NCBI RefSeq assembly: GCF_001194135.2
Contig: NC_068982.1
Span: 93,526,781 to 93,590,780 of the forward strand
From: Octopus bimaculoides
Taxonomy: Eukaryota
Reading direction: 5' to 3'
Length of the DNA stretch: 64,000 nt
A program made the translations under genes and the position numbers. The notes under the pieces were generated by a model. The model worked only from the letters and a program-made list of their open reading frames with translations, made no database searches and was not told where the DNA came from. Each line of letters begins with the position of its first letter. The stretch's first letter is position 1. Of the stretch, positions 12,037 through 26,015 are shown piece after piece.

Positions 12037-12800
12037 CTTCAGTTAGCAGCTGTGGCCATGCTGTGGAACTGCCATTAGTGTGATTGATAGTATATTTGTT
12101 TCATTTCTACTGCCTCTCCCTGCATTTGGTTTTAGTGAATGTTGGGATTGGACAATGCTGCCTTCATTTGCATTTTGGGCTGTGATGTGGGTTCATCTGG
12201 AATCTTGGATAAAAATTTGCCTAAATGCTTTTTGAATACTACCATATATTGCTGAGGATGTTGGCAAAGTAATCAAAATCTGTGGGGCCTTGAGTCCTAA
12301 ATTGCTACAGTATTGTTTACTTACTCTAGATAACAAGGGTGATCCTTTTGTAAATTTGTAGAAGGCCTTTGGGTTCATTCATATATTTTTAACAACTTTG
12401 GTTTCTCATTTTCCCTCTACTTCTCATGGGAGAGTCTGGGTTTGGTTTCACTCTTTGAAAGTATCTTTCTTAAGTAGAACTCCTTACTGTCATGAAGTTG
12501 TTTATTTAAGCAATTTTAGATCTTTATTCTTCATTTCATAGGGACACTCTTGTCACTAGGAATAATGTTTTATGTGTAATGACTCTTCACTCTTGGACAA
12601 ATTTTATGCATATAGCTTGTGTTGTTGATATAAATTTTTACATCATTGTTGCATAGACACTTTCAGGCCAGTTTTGCTTCAGAATCTGATTTGCAACAAA
12701 GTTTCTTATACAATTTTGATACAATTTCATTTTGTATGCTTCTAGGCTGTTTGCTTAAAGGTGTTGTAAGCTATCTTCGCTGCTGAGAGTTTACTCTTCA
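12037..12800 (-). mobile_element. Old CR1-clade LINE 3' end
   Basis: QYCSNLGLKAPQILITLP...KAFRQIF resembles the CR1 C-terminus. It ends GGCAGTTCCACAGCATGGCCACAGC...CTGAAGC, similar to the SINE tail at 59060-59100. Confidence 0.55.
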
Positions 12801-13211
12801 GCTTGTCCTTATATCTGAGCCATGGTCAACCAACATTCCTGTGCCCACTATCAAGCTGGCTTTATATGAGAACTTTGAGTATTATTTTGTCACTCATTCT
12901 GATGCCATGGCCAACCCAGCGCAGTTGCATATATATTCACACACGCATGCACATATACATATATTGTTGACATCAAAAGAATTTTATAAACTTTCAAGAG
13001 AATGTGAAATAAATCTTTTCTTTATTTTTATATCACAAAGCATACACATACAGCTATGGACAATAGTATGTAAATATTAGGTTGAAACCCTTCTTTGGAT
13101 AGAAAATGTCTAAAAGGATATTCAACCTAATATTTACATGCTATTATCTATAGTTTTATGTGTGTGCTTTGAGATATTCCCCAAAAGAATCACACACACA
13201 CACATATACAT

Positions 13212-13582
13212 CTGCGGGGATAGCCAAAAGTAACTGGAAAGTTCTCTGTGGGACAAATCTATGAAATTCAGTTTTCTGCTAGGAGAAAACAGTGGCCGAA
13301 GAAGTTGTCATTTTACAAACTGCTTAGAAGCACACTACCATGAGCAAAACACAAGTTTACGAGTGGTTTCCATGCTTTAGGAATGGTCACTTGTCGCTTG
13401 AAGACCAACCTCATTCAGGACAGCCAGCATCAACCACCCAAATGAATGAAAACATGAAAATTCATGAACTGATCTTGGAGGACTGTCACTGAACAATTGA
13501 CAAACTTGTTGATATGACTGGTGTGTCCTGGAGCTCCTACCAATGAGTTTTGAGCAAGGAATTGCAACTGAAAAGAGCATTT
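13212..13582 (+). mobile_element. Mariner 5' fragment
   Basis: Degenerate HTH: GKTVAEEVVILQ...NGHLSLEDQPHSGQP...IHELILED...IDKLVDMTGVSWSS. Confidence 0.65.
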
Positions 13583-13647
13583 TGCCCGCTGTGCTAATAA
13601 TTCAGCCAGCTTACCACCTTAGTAGCAATAATAATAATGATAACAAT

Positions 13648-14011
13648 AAATATAAGATCTTGTGGGATTTTACAATCCAATGTGACGCTCTAATAGGTAC
13701 CCAAAAACCAGACATTTTTGTAATAGATAAAAGGGAAAAGGAAACTAAGATTATAGATACTGCCATACCTGGGGATGCATGTGTAGTGATAAAGAGTTGG
13801 AAAAAGTGAAAAAATACAAGTTACTAAAAAAGGAAATTGCAAGAATGTGGACAATAAAAAAAGTAACTGTCATCCCAATAGCTGTAGAAGCACACGGAGT
13901 ACTAACAATCAAGTTGTCAGAGAAACTGAACTTGACATGGGGGTAAAGCATACTCAAAAAGCTGCTCTATTGGGGACAGCTAGGTTTTTGAGATTGGTAC
14001 CTGGATATTAA
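13648..14011 (+). mobile_element. R4/Dong-like non-LTR retrotransposon, RLE-domain 3' fragment
   Basis: KILWDFTIQCD...KPDIFVIDK...IIDTAIPGD...KKYKLLKKEIARMW...VIPIAV and KAALLGTARFLR; directly preceded by an (AAT)n-like tract. Confidence 0.8.
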
Positions 14012-14111
14012 GTATCTTCCATGATACTTGACATCTAAGTACCAAATCTCATAATTCGTGGAAAGAGATCCTGTAGGACCTATGATAATATGTTGTTGTC
14101 CACTCTCACAG

Positions 14112-14153
<42 letters not shown>

Positions 14154-14533
14154 CTGGCTAGATAAATAGATGGAAGAGCAGATGTACAGGCAGGCTTTTT
14201 TCACAGTTTCCACCCATCAAACTCTACACTTGTTAACTTAATTTATTGTCCACTTACATTCTTGGATGCCTTTAAAGGATTCCACTCTTTTGTAGATTCC
14301 TAGTTAAATGATCCTTTCATCTCATCTTGTAACCAGGTTCAGGGAACCTAAAAGGAAGCACGTGCACAGTGTCCCTTTAGGATCATGAGCTACTTTCCTT
14401 ATAATTATGTGATTAAAAAATATTCTCAGCACAAGCTATTAATTAATCTGGGGTAATAGCAAAAATCACTTACCCAAAGTGGCAAGTAGACCAGCAAATT
14501 TCTCGTCCATACTGCCAAGTGTGTGCACGTGTA

Positions 14534-14570
<37 letters not shown>

Positions 14571-14679
14571 ATGGGTGCACATGTGTAGTTAAGAATTTTA
14601 TTGAACAACCACATAGATCCAGATTTCTTCCAACTGAATAGCAGTTGGGGCTTTTAATACGACCCCAGTTTGACCAGCG

Positions 14680-14814
14680 TGTGTGTATGTATGTATGTAT
14701 GTATGTATATATATATATATATGTGTGTGTGTGTATATGTATATATATAAGTGTATATATATGTATATATATATATGTGTGTGTGTGTATATATATGTAT
14801 ACATATATATATAA

Positions 14815-14847
<33 letters not shown>

Positions 14848-14927
14848 AGTATATATATGTATATATGTATAAATATATATATGTATATATATGCATATGT
14901 GTATATATATACATATGTATATATATG

Positions 14928-14990
<63 letters not shown>
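14680..14990. repeat. Compound (TG)/(TA)/(TATG) microsatellite
   Basis: Direct reading. Similar tracts at 4590-4990, 21588-21760, 50455-50890, 52770-53030 and 55333-55740 account for the YIYI ORFs. Confidence 0.95.
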
Positions 14991-14993
<3 letters not shown>

Positions 14994-16569
14994 ACTCGTA
15001 CATTCCATTGTCTTTTTTTTTTTTTTAGAAACCATGCCAAATGTGGAATGTGCGAGTGAGACGTGGTCCCCAACCCATCTAAGAGGGCAGTAACTCCAAA
15101 TAAGAACTGACTCAGACTGTGATGAAATGTCCAACCCATGCCAACATGGAAAACCAAGTGGATGTTAAATAATGATGATGATGATGGTATACTTGCATAG
15201 ATATATATAATTAACATGCCAGCCTTAGTTAAGAATAAATATGTTTAATGTCACATTGAAAGCTGTAGTTAAACTAAAGCACTTTAAGCAGCTTGAAGCT
15301 AAGATCAAACTATCTAGTTCCCTCTTTCATTAAAAATTCTTCAACAATTGTTTACTTTTGCCTTCCAACCTTCCAAAAGTATGTAATGGACTGTATATAG
15401 AAATGTAAACAAAATTTACATTTACATTTAATTTTTTTAACGGTATTTACATAATGGCTCAAAGTTAATACTTAATTAAGCCCTTTGCTCCCTAACATAA
15501 GCCATTGATGACTTTTCTTCACTTTTCTCAACTTTTCAGGGCCAATCCCTCAGTATGGAGGTATTTCCCAGAGAGAAAGCCTTCCTCTTCTCGGTCCTGC
15601 TGGTTTTGAATTGTCATTGATGCTTCTCTAGCTGCTATTTTTTTTTTTTTTGGTAAGGGTGTTGGCACTATGCAAACGCTTTTATTACTTCTAAGAATAT
15701 GCAGTCCATATTAGTCTAGTCTCTATTTTTCGACCTGTCCATCATGGAAGGCCCTGCCAGAGGAATGCAATCCATTGGCATAGACACACAGACTAGACAT
15801 TGTGGTGAGCAAAGTTAATGGTGAGACATTATTAACTAGGGCAGCAGTATAACATGGGTCATAAAAGACAACATTAGTCTTTTAGAACCTCAGTCTAAGC
15901 TGCCAAAAGTACTGTAGTTAACCACAGGATCTTATTTCACAGCTAGACTAAATATATTTGAATAAACATATGAATCTGACACTGTATACATATTTATTCA
16001 TCACTTATGCTGTATGGTACTATGGTAATTAATGCCTGGTCATCAACACCATGCCATTTGTACAAATTTTATTGTGCCAGGCATTGTTTCATTTATATTT
16101 CTATAAGTATCCTACATTACTTACTTTTTGTAGCTTGTTAACTATGCAGTCTGGTGTTTGTAGAATTGTTAATGTATATATTGAATTCATTGTTAATATA
16201 ATCATATTCTGTTAAGCTGCAGTGCACAAATACAAACAGAAAACACACTGAAATAATAGGATTTGTTACCCCACTTATATGACCATACTGTAAACCACAA
16301 ACAGTTGAAGTGAGATTGGGCCCAATGAGGTACATATTTATGTGAGATTACACAGAGCAAAGTGAGAAGTATGAGGCCTTGCAGAAAGGTAGTATATTAG
16401 GTCACTTGAACAAATGGGAATTAGTCAAAGGGATACTAATAAATCAACAAAGAAATCAATTGCCACAAAATTTTTGATTGATCTTTAATGAAAGTTTACT
16501 CAACATCCTAATATATATATAAATAAATATATGTATATATAAATATATGTATATATAAATATATGTATA

Positions 16570-16936
16570 TATAAAGGAGACCACTAGGTGGACTGTTAAT
16601 GTGCTAGAAGAAGATTACATTCTAGCACATTAACAGTCCACTTAGTGGTCTCCGTTCTAGCACATTAACAATCCACCTAGTAGTCTCCTTTATACATTAG
16701 AAATGCAGAGACGCCTATAATAGGACATCTACTCGCTAGAAATAGCAGCAAAAATACTACATACCACAAAAGTTAGGGATAATTTCGAAAGGAAATGAAA
16801 AATAAAAACTTTTACCAATCTATATTCTGTACCATGGTTTCAAGTCAATTTTAGTAAGATAAAGATTATATCTTACAAGGTCAGACTATCGTCAGCAGAA
16901 TTGACCAGACAACATATGAAGCAGTCTCCTTTATAT
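16570..16936 (-). mobile_element. Small HHR-bearing (PLE-type) element with inverted and duplicated end, within TA-rich flanks
   Basis: Ends TATAAAGGAGAC / GTCTCCTTTATA. 34-bp inverted repeat 16576-16609 / 16620-16653, tandem copy 16655-16688, and an internal HHR. Confidence 0.6.
16824..16901 (-). ncRNA. Type I hammerhead ribozyme, intact core
   Basis: Minus strand AUUCUG-CUGACGA-U-AGUC...GACU-U-GAAAC-CAUG-GUA-CAGAAU: 6-bp stem I, palindromic stem III ACCAUGGU, GUA triplet, and stem II extended by an inner UAAGAUA/UAUCUUA hairpin. Confidence 0.8.
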
Positions 16937-17545
16937 ATATACATATACAATAATCCTTTGAGATCTCAAATATTTTTTCTGAATCTCCTTGATTCTTTCA
17001 ATGTGCTTGTTCCCTGGTATTAAATTGATATTAATTAATATCCAATTTTTTACCCTACTGNNNNNNNNNNNNNNNNNNNNNNNNNNNNNNNNNNNNNNNN
17101 NNNNNNNNNNNNNNNNNNNNNNNNNNNNNNNNNNNNNNNNNNNNNNNNNNNNNNNNNNNNNNNNNNNNNNNNNNNNNNNNNNNNNNNNNNNNNNNNNNNN
17201 NNNNNNNNNNNNNNNNNNNNNNNNNNNNNNNNNNNNNNNNNNNNNNNNNNNNNNNNNNNNNNNNNNNNNNNNNTATATATATATATATATTTATATTAAA
17301 TATAGGATATGATTCTGTTGTATTTATAACATGTCTGTATATATATGAGTGTCATCCATTCCCACTTTATTTTCCTCAAATCATCCCTTTCTGTGTCTTC
17401 TTGAAATACATTTTAGAACTGCCAATACTGTACCTGCTATTAATCTCATCACCCTCTCATATCTGCCATCCACAGCCACCTCATCCATTTTTGCCCCACT
17501 CAGTATAGCCACCCATATATACCTGACAGCCATCTTCATTGTACA

Positions 17546-17583
<38 letters not shown>

Positions 17584-18989
17584 TCCTCCCCTTCTCTCCC
17601 ACTCTGCACATCATCTACATATTTTCTCATCTATCTACAAGTTTATTATTCTGCAACTCCCCACTCTTCTTGAATTGCCCTTTATTAACTCTTCCTTCTT
17701 GAGTCATTTGTATTTTTTCATTATTACCTACTGTTTCTCCACCCCACCCACCATCAACCACAACTCTACTTTGGTTCCAGTCATTACATTCACCTCTGCA
17801 CCCATCTCTGACTATCACTCTCCTCTCACTCTCTAATGATCTTATCCACCCACCCTTCCCAAGTCTCCATCTTTATTCTCTCAGATAATCACTTTCTTGT
17901 ATCTTTAGAGTTTGCTCCGACAACTCATCACCACCATCATTGTCTTCATTCCAGTTACTCCCACCCTTATATAATACAAGGTAGCCGTGCACCTCCTCTA
18001 TAGCAAGCCATATACACCTGTCCCTCTGTCATACTTTAGTCTTCCAACACCTGGTATAAAATACCTCTATCACAACCCCACTAAGTTGAGGGTTTTGCTT
18101 TGCTTTTTTTTATCTTGCGAATTATTTGGCTATCTCACTTGTGTCAGTGTCATGAAAAAGCACCCATTACACTTTGTGAAGTGGTTGGCATTAGGAATGG
18201 CATCCAGCCATAGAAACCATTCCAAAATGGACATTGAAACTCTTGCTGCAGTCCTCCAGTATATTGTATCCTGTCAAACCATCAAACTCAATCTAGCATG
18301 GAAGACAGATATTAAATGATGATGATGATGATTTATTTATTCATCTATTTATCTGTGTGTTTGTATATGTGTATTCCATATCTGTCTATATGTGTATGTT
18401 CTTTTATTTTTTTAGTGGTTTCAGTTTGTTGATTATAGCCATGGCAGGGCACATCCTTCAAGGGTTTTTATTGATCATATAGGCCACTAATTTCAATCTG
18501 ATAATTATTTTATCAAGCTATATTTATTGAACTGCTAAATTCATCTCCTGTTACGGTTATATCTTGGGGGAAACGATGAGCTGCAACAGAGTGACTTATT
18601 TTAGATACACTTAATACTGTGTTATAAATTTATGTCTGATCCAAGGGGTTATGGGACTTACAACTGGAATCTAAATAAAAAAGAATATGACATTTTTTGT
18701 CTATTTTTGCTAAGAGGGAGTGCTTACATATTCAACTTAGCTTGCAGCCATGCTTGATATAATAGCTTGCCTGTTGCAGACCTGTATCTATATAAGTAGG
18801 CATTCATTATTTAGTTGTTTATTTATATTTTGTTGCTGTTTTATAAACTGAATGTCTTTTCTGATATTAACCACATATTGCTGTTGGTAAACCAAAAATA
18901 TTCTCTGGAACATAATGCACTGCCTAGGGCAAAGTTTGAATTTATGACCTGTGTTTAATAACCCTACAGTTCAAATTAATTGGTAAGTC

Positions 18990-19270
18990 ATACTTGCGCC
19001 CATTGAAAATACCAGGGATTTACTCTCATTTGACACAGCAGTTGTGGGCTGAAAGAGGCTTTGTGGAAGGCCCTGCACCTCATGGCTGGACATGATTAAT
19101 GAAGATCTCTAGAGGCTCAATGTCACCTTGGAGGATGCAGAGTGGCTGGCATGGGACTGCCAGCGATGGAGAGCACTGGTGGACCTGGTCAGCTCTACAC
19201 ATGATGATGTCTCTTGGAGTACTAACCTGGGATGACCCCAGCCCCATCAAGCAAGAGCATGAAGTGAAGT
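18990..19270 (+). mobile_element. Fragment of a second RTE-like LINE family (ORF C-terminus)
   Basis: ...MINEDL*RLNVTLEDAEWLAWDCQRWRALVDLV..., resembling the RTE C-terminal A.DR..WR motif. Confidence 0.45.
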
Positions 19271-19526
19271 GGTATTTTGATCCATTTGCTTAAAACTATT
19301 GTTATAAAATACATTCCTTTCCATTTTATACATGCAGGAATTGTCTATAGATAATATATTATATCAACATAAACCAGTGGGTCTTTAAAGCATAATTTTT
19401 TTTGGCACTGATGAACTGGCAATACTTGCATTTAGCTTCTAAAATTCAAACTCTGCCCAGCTTTGTGTAAATTACTTACTGTTTATCTTCCAGTGGATTT
19501 TTCATGCATATATATATATAAGAATG

Positions 19527-19975
19527 GTGTGGCTATATGGTTGAGAAGTTTGTTTCCCATCCACATGGTTATGGGTACAATTTCATGGCATCTTGAACAA
19601 GTATTTTCTACTGTAGCCTCAGGCCAACCAAAACCTTCTGAGTGGATTTGGTTGATGGAAACTGAAAGAAGCCCATTGTGTGTGTGGAGAGAGAGAAAGA
19701 GAGAGAGATGTATGTATATGTATACATCTGAGTGTTTCCTTGTCTTGGCATTGTGTCAACTCTAAATGAATGTCACTGTCAAAAGCAGTGTCATTAATTT
19801 CCAATATCCTGCATAAGCATGTCTCACTATAGAGAAATATTACCTTACTTTGAAATAGGAGAGGGTTGGTGACAGGAAGGGCATCAAGCTATAGAAAATC
19901 TGTTTCAATAAACTCTATTCAACCTATGCAAGCATGGAAAAGTGGACAGTAAAACAATGAAAATGGTGATGATGA
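19527..19975 (+). mobile_element. Family B SINE with RTE-type tail
   Basis: GTGTGGCTATATGGTTGAGAAG head, CORE-like CTTGAACAAGTATTTTCTACTGTAGCC, tail GGAAGGGCATC...CATGGAAAAGTGGAC...(GAT)n. Confidence 0.75.
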
Positions 19976-20174
19976 CATTTTTTTATTCTTTTACTGGTTT
20001 CAGTCATTAGATTGTAGCCATACTGTGGTGTCACCTTGAAAGACTATACTACACTATCTGGCACTCATGATAAAGTTAACTTGGTGTAAACTAAGGCAAT
20101 GAAATGGATTATAAATATTTTCATAGAGTACAAGTATGAGCATGTAGCTAAAATGTACCAAAATCAAACTAAAT

Positions 20175-20636
20175 TTGACTGGCCCTCATGCCAACGTCTC
20201 CTTCATTGGACACTAAACTCGGCTTGCGAAGACCTGTTGGGGCAAGCGAAATTGTGATGGCACCTGTACCAGTGGAGCGCTAAGAGCACCGTTCGAGCGG
20301 GATCGTTACCAGTGTCGCCCTCCTGGCACGTGATAAGTCATTCGAGCGAGATCATTACCAGTGCCGCTGGACTGGCTCCTGTGCAGGTGGCATGTAAAAT
20401 ACACCATTTTGAGCGTGGCCGTTGCCAGTACCGCCTGACTGGCCTTTGTGCCGCTGGCACGTAAAAGCACCCACTACACTCTAAGAGTGGTTGGCGTTAG
20501 GAAGGGCATCCAGCTGTAGAAACTCTGCCAAATTAGATTGGAGCCTAGTGTAGCCATCTGGTTCACCAGTCCTCAGTCAAATCGTCCAACCCATGCTAGC
20601 ATGGAAAGAGGACGTTAAACGATGATGATGATGATG
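20175..20636 (+). mobile_element. 5'-truncated RTE 3'UTR with (GAT)n tail
   Basis: Collinear with 62320-62752 and 3960-4570. Confidence 0.85.
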
Positions 20637-21584
20637 ACTTCACAATCAGATGGTTTCAGGTTTGATTCCACTCTGTGTCAACCATGTTTTCTATTATATC
20701 ACAGTGTCACCTAGTTTAACATCTTCACATGGACCTTGGTTACATTTAGCAGATCTACTCTGTTGCAAGCATTTGAACCAGGTTTCTAATTCAAGAAAAA
20801 CTTGACATGTAGATGAGTTGCTTCCTGCTGTAGTAACCAATGAGTAAGGATTTTTGTCTTTTGTTTCCATCCCTTAATGTCAAAAGTTCTGTAAGAAGTT
20901 GTTCATGGGGCTGCCATTTCTCCTTTGGCTAAGCTATAATTTTTTAGTTTCTAAGCTGGAGGCATCAGCAATGGTTTGATACAAGATACAGACTAACTGA
21001 ATATAGCAGTGGTTAGGACATAACCTAAGCCTGCTTGTGAGTCTCAAGCTTTTTAGAGCATATGAAAAATTATACTTGAAACTATGTAGCTATCTCTACA
21101 TCATCACCACCACCACCACTGCCATCATCACCATCATCATCATCATCATTACCATCATCATCGTTGTTGTATCTTTATCATCATCTAAACACAAAAACAG
21201 GCATTTACATTAAGAACGCTGCTAGATTTGTTACATATCCCAGTCCATCATCACAATGGCCAAAATTCATCTGCAGTTCATGATTTTTAGAAGGATATCC
21301 ACAGTTTATCTTTCCATGGGTTAGTTTCAAAATGATGAATTGGTCATCAGAGAATTCTGTGTTACTCAGACAGGCCCTCTAAACTTTAGCATCTTTCTAC
21401 TGAGTGTAAGAGGAGTCCCTAAGTATATGTAAAACTATCATAATCATTAGCAAATCAATTAAAAATATTGCTATTGAACTGATAATGAATACATGTACTC
21501 ATGTTTATGCTTAGATGACATTGCTCAATATTCTGGTGAATATATTATTCATGCTTGAAAATAGGTAACTTCAATTCACTACTG

Positions 21585-21655
<71 letters not shown>

Positions 21656-21718
21656 TTATGTTTGTGTTTGCTGATAGACACTGCCAAAACACACACACAT
21701 ATATCATATGACATATAC

Positions 21719-21763
<45 letters not shown>

Positions 21764-24700
21764 CGTGGGCATGCGTGTTTATTCCTGTCTGTTTTCACTT
21801 GAAACTGTTTGGAGAATGATGACATCATACTTAAGTTTCCTATTAACATTTCATCCCATAGCCTGGTGGTTTCAATGTGTAAAGACCAGTGGAATAAAAA
21901 TACCTTATTTGAAAAGAGGCAAAGGTTAGCAACAGAAAGAGGATCCAGATACAGAATACTGATTTAATAAGTCTCATTTAACCCATGCCAGCATGGGAAA
22001 AAAAATGGACATAGAAATTATGATGATGGTTAACACAATGTTTATTCCTATTGATCTCTACTTTGGAAACTCTAAATAAATTAACATAAGAAATCAATTT
22101 TGATAGCTGTGCATTTTCAATATCAGTACATTTGAAACTTAACAATGGTATATATTCTGTAAGCAGTTCTGAGTCATATCTTAAGCTTTTCTTACGACAT
22201 GACTTTCTCTTTCATTCCTCTCTCACCTTGCCTATGTGTATAATGAACACATATAAAGATAGATGCAGGTCCCCTCTGCTGACAGTTGTTAATACTATAT
22301 CATAGGTAAAAGTTTTATCTTTCAGTACTGAACTAAAATCTTTCCTTGGGCTAAAAGAGGTGACAAGAGAAATGCTTCTAAGTCATTATCTTTTAATGTC
22401 TGTTTTCCATGCCAGCATGCATTGAAGGGTTTAATAGGATCCAGTGGGTCCAAGGACTGCATCTTGCTCTAATATCTGCTTTGGCATGTTTTCTATCACT
22501 GAATGCCCTTCCTCATTCCAACCATTTTTCAGAATGTACTAGGTGCTTTTTCATGGCATCAGCACTAATGAAATCACCAAGCAGCTTATAAGCATAAGAT
22601 CCTCTTCAACTGAGTAAGGCTATAGTTGAGAGGAAGGCAGCTCTATGCAGGAGATGAGAGGTTTTAGTATGAAAGAAGAGTGTCAGAACTAAGCAAATTT
22701 CTTGTTGTAGAGGAGCTTACATGGTAACTCACATAATAGAAAGGTGAGTGTCAGTAACCAGGGTGGAGCTGAAAAGAGAGATAAAACAGTGTCAGGATTG
22801 ACCTTGAAGGTACAAGAAGATGAATAGAAATGGAAACAGAGAGTTAGGGTGTGTAGAGCCTGGAAAGGTGTATGGGGAGATTGCAGTTTTAAAACTTCTA
22901 CTTTTTCTGCAGTATAACCAGGGGTATCCCTGACTTAATGGCATGTACCATATATGTAACAAATTCTCACTACATACAGATTTCTTTTATGTCAGTTTAT
23001 ATACTAGAATACTAATGTGTTTGATCCATATTTCCATAGATATGCTAAAAATATGTATGGCTTTATATTTAGTATTTGTCAGCTGAAATATTCACTCAAG
23101 TTTTTGTTGTGGTTAGTAATTGTAGTTGATTTGTTTTGTTTTGCAATAAAAATAAGAACAGAACAACATGATAGTAAAATGGTCTTAGGAATTCTAATCA
23201 CATAATTTCTTTGAGTGTTTCGCAAAAGTAGCTGCTGCTCAAACTTCAAATATAAAACAGTAAAATATCTTCTTTGAAAATAATCTACATTAAAATAAGT
23301 AGAAAACACTATGAAACAGCAAGAAGACATATGGAAGTAATAGAAAAAAGTATTGTAAGATATATAACAATGAATGTAGGATTAAAAAATAAAAAATAGG
23401 TCTATGTTATATTCAGAAATGAAACTGTCATCTGTGTTAACAAAGAAAATATTTATAACATTCTGAAGGTCCTTTACTGGTACCATATTAAAATAGTTTT
23501 GTGCTTTGTAAAGTAAAAATAAAAACAAGTTCAATTGGAAGCAAACAATGAATATGTTAAGGACACAACTGGCAACTTTATTAGGTATTTGTCATGTATA
23601 TACCAAAGGGTTGGTGGTTCACTTTCCTTCTCTAGCATTTTATGTCTGTTAACATACTTAGCTTTCCTGGCTAATCCACAAACATATAAATAGATACTGT
23701 ATCAGTACATCTTATTGTCATATCTAGGAAGAGTACTGTTTGCATATTGACTTCAAATCCTTTCAAGAGAACAACTTAAATGGAGTTGGGTTTTCTCTAG
23801 TACATCACTTGCCTCTTTAGATGTATTTCTGTTGAATGGGCAGTTATAAAACACAAAATTCCAGTAAATGTCCAGGTTTTTTATTCTATTACTGGTTTCA
23901 GTCAATAGATTCTTGCCATGCTGAGGTGCCATCTAATAGAGAATACTTGATGGCATCTCTCCTGGTGTTATTAAATAGATCAGTACTTATTTTATCAACC
24001 CCAGAAGGATGAAAGACAAATTGAATCTGGGCAAGATTTGAACTTAGAATATAAATGGATATAACAACCAAATACCACAAGATATTTAACCTGATGCACC
24101 ACTGATCCTGTCATCCAACTTTATATGTATTTATTTTATTCTATTTATTTATTTACTTTTTTTATTTAGCCAGAGAGAAGGGGCAGTATGCTTTCCATGA
24201 CCCTTCATTTTTTTCCATATCTCTGAAACTGATGAGAAGAGAACTTCTCAAACCAAAGACCTAATTAGAATGCTTACAACAGAATTACTGAAGGCACCCA
24301 AGAATTAAGTGGTTCTAGTAATGGATTAAGCTTACTATCCGGGAACAACGCTCTAACAATCCGGCCAATCCAGTGCCAGATATTTTATTTCATCAACCCT
24401 CAAGAATGAAAGCAAAGTTGACAGGATTGGAACACAGGGCACATAGAATCAAGAGAAATATCACAAGGCATTTTTACCCTAGCCTGTAACCACTCTGCCA
24501 TTTCTTCAAAGTACAGTTGATAGATGTTCATCACTTGCTCATCAATGAGTTGACAGTTTATATCCTGTAACCAATATTACCTTGTGTCCATGGCTTGCAC
24601 ATGATACTCTTTATGCTTCTTAATAACAAGCTGTCAGGGAAAAGTACCAACACCTTTGGAAAAGTTACCTGTGATATATTAGCCTTGAATCCAATCTATT

Positions 24701-24984
24701 GGGTCAGGAGTATATTAATGAAAGCTACTTCTCCCTGCCAGCTTCATAGAGCAGATTTGTATTTTTAATTATTATCGGTCAGAATTGTTAGAGTGGTGGA
24801 AAAACAACTTGTAGTATTTCTTCTAGTTCTTTATGTTCTCAGTTCAAATTTTGCCTAATTTCACATTTGCTTCTCATCCTTCTGAGGAGTTGTAGGTGTT
24901 AGTACTGGAGTTGTGGGTGTTGTCTAAGCCTTCTCCTCAAACTGCTAGATTATTATCATTATCATTATTGTTATTATTATTATT

Positions 24985-25538
24985 GAGTGAGAGAGCAGTG
25001 CATACCATCAAAGTGACACTGGGGTAAAATATATGAAGCCCGGTATACCCATCAGGACTACCTGTCTGATAATGGTACATGTGACACATGTCACAATCAT
25101 GCACATGACATGGTGATCTCATATCAAGATAAACAGTGCATGACCTTGCAGGTGAGACCCAGTTAGAATTTTCTTCAGGTCAAGTAACACATCTTGCTCA
25201 AAAGGTCCTTGAATAAGGGTTATTTAAGGATGATGAACAAAACACCCCACTTTTCCAGAGGTTAATTATTAAAACCCCAAAGAATTCCTCTCAACACATG
25301 GCTATGATGCTCCCCCACTACTTCTGCTTGTGATGAGAGATGCACATATCATCAGCCTCCAAGGGACATGCTCAACTGGTTAAGGTCAAACAAATAACAA
25401 GCAAATCTGTGGTATTGATCAGAATATTTGTTGTAGCCCATCTTTTATACCAAGACAAAACATGTACAAGATTACACTTCCAATCGGTTAAGATCAGAAG
25501 CCATGAGAGCTAGTACCTGGTACAGAATCAGGGCATTT
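24985..25538 (-). mobile_element. ~555-bp non-coding interspersed element beside (ATT)n, copy 1
   Basis: End-to-end collinear with 29050-29607. No long ORF. Strand is inferred from the (AAT)n tail. Confidence 0.75.
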
Positions 25539-25747
25539 GAGCTGGGAGAATCATTAGTTTGCTGGGTAAAATGCTTAGCAACATTTCAACCATCTTTACA
25601 TTCTGAGTTCAAATTCTGCCGGAGTCAGCTTTGCCTTTCATCTTTTCAGGGTCGATAAATTAAGTACCAGTGAAACACTGGAGTTGATGAATTCGACTAG
25701 TCCCCTCCCCAAAAATTTCAAATTTTGTGCCTTTAGTAGAAAGGATG

Positions 25748-25779
<32 letters not shown>

Positions 25780-26015
25780 TATTATTATTATTATTATTAA
25801 GGCAACAAACTAACAGAATCATTACCATGACAGACAAAATGCTTAGCAGTATTTCTTCTGATTCTTTACATTCTGAGTCTCAATTTCACTGAGTTTGTCT
25901 TTGCTTTCATCCTTTCAGAATCAATAAAATAAGTACCAATCAAGTTCTGGGGTTGCTATAATTGACTAGCCCCCTTCCGCAAATTTCAGGCCTTGTGCCT
26001 ATAGTAGAAAGAAAT
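25539..26015 (+). mobile_element. Head-to-tail pair of family A SINEs separated by (AAT)n(ATT)n
   Basis: Two GAGTTCAAATT...GCCTTTCATC...AAATAAGTACCA...GGCCTTGTGCC...GTAGAAAG units. Confidence 0.75.

Noticed and set aside
15540-15652. Apparent AG...GT-bounded exon
   Set aside because: No recognisable coding similarity, and its link to NDNF 20 kb away is unsupported.
24226-24255. CTGATGA-GAAG-agaa-CTTC resembling a hammerhead
   Set aside because: Followed by TCAAAC rather than GAAA, and no stem I or III pairing was found.
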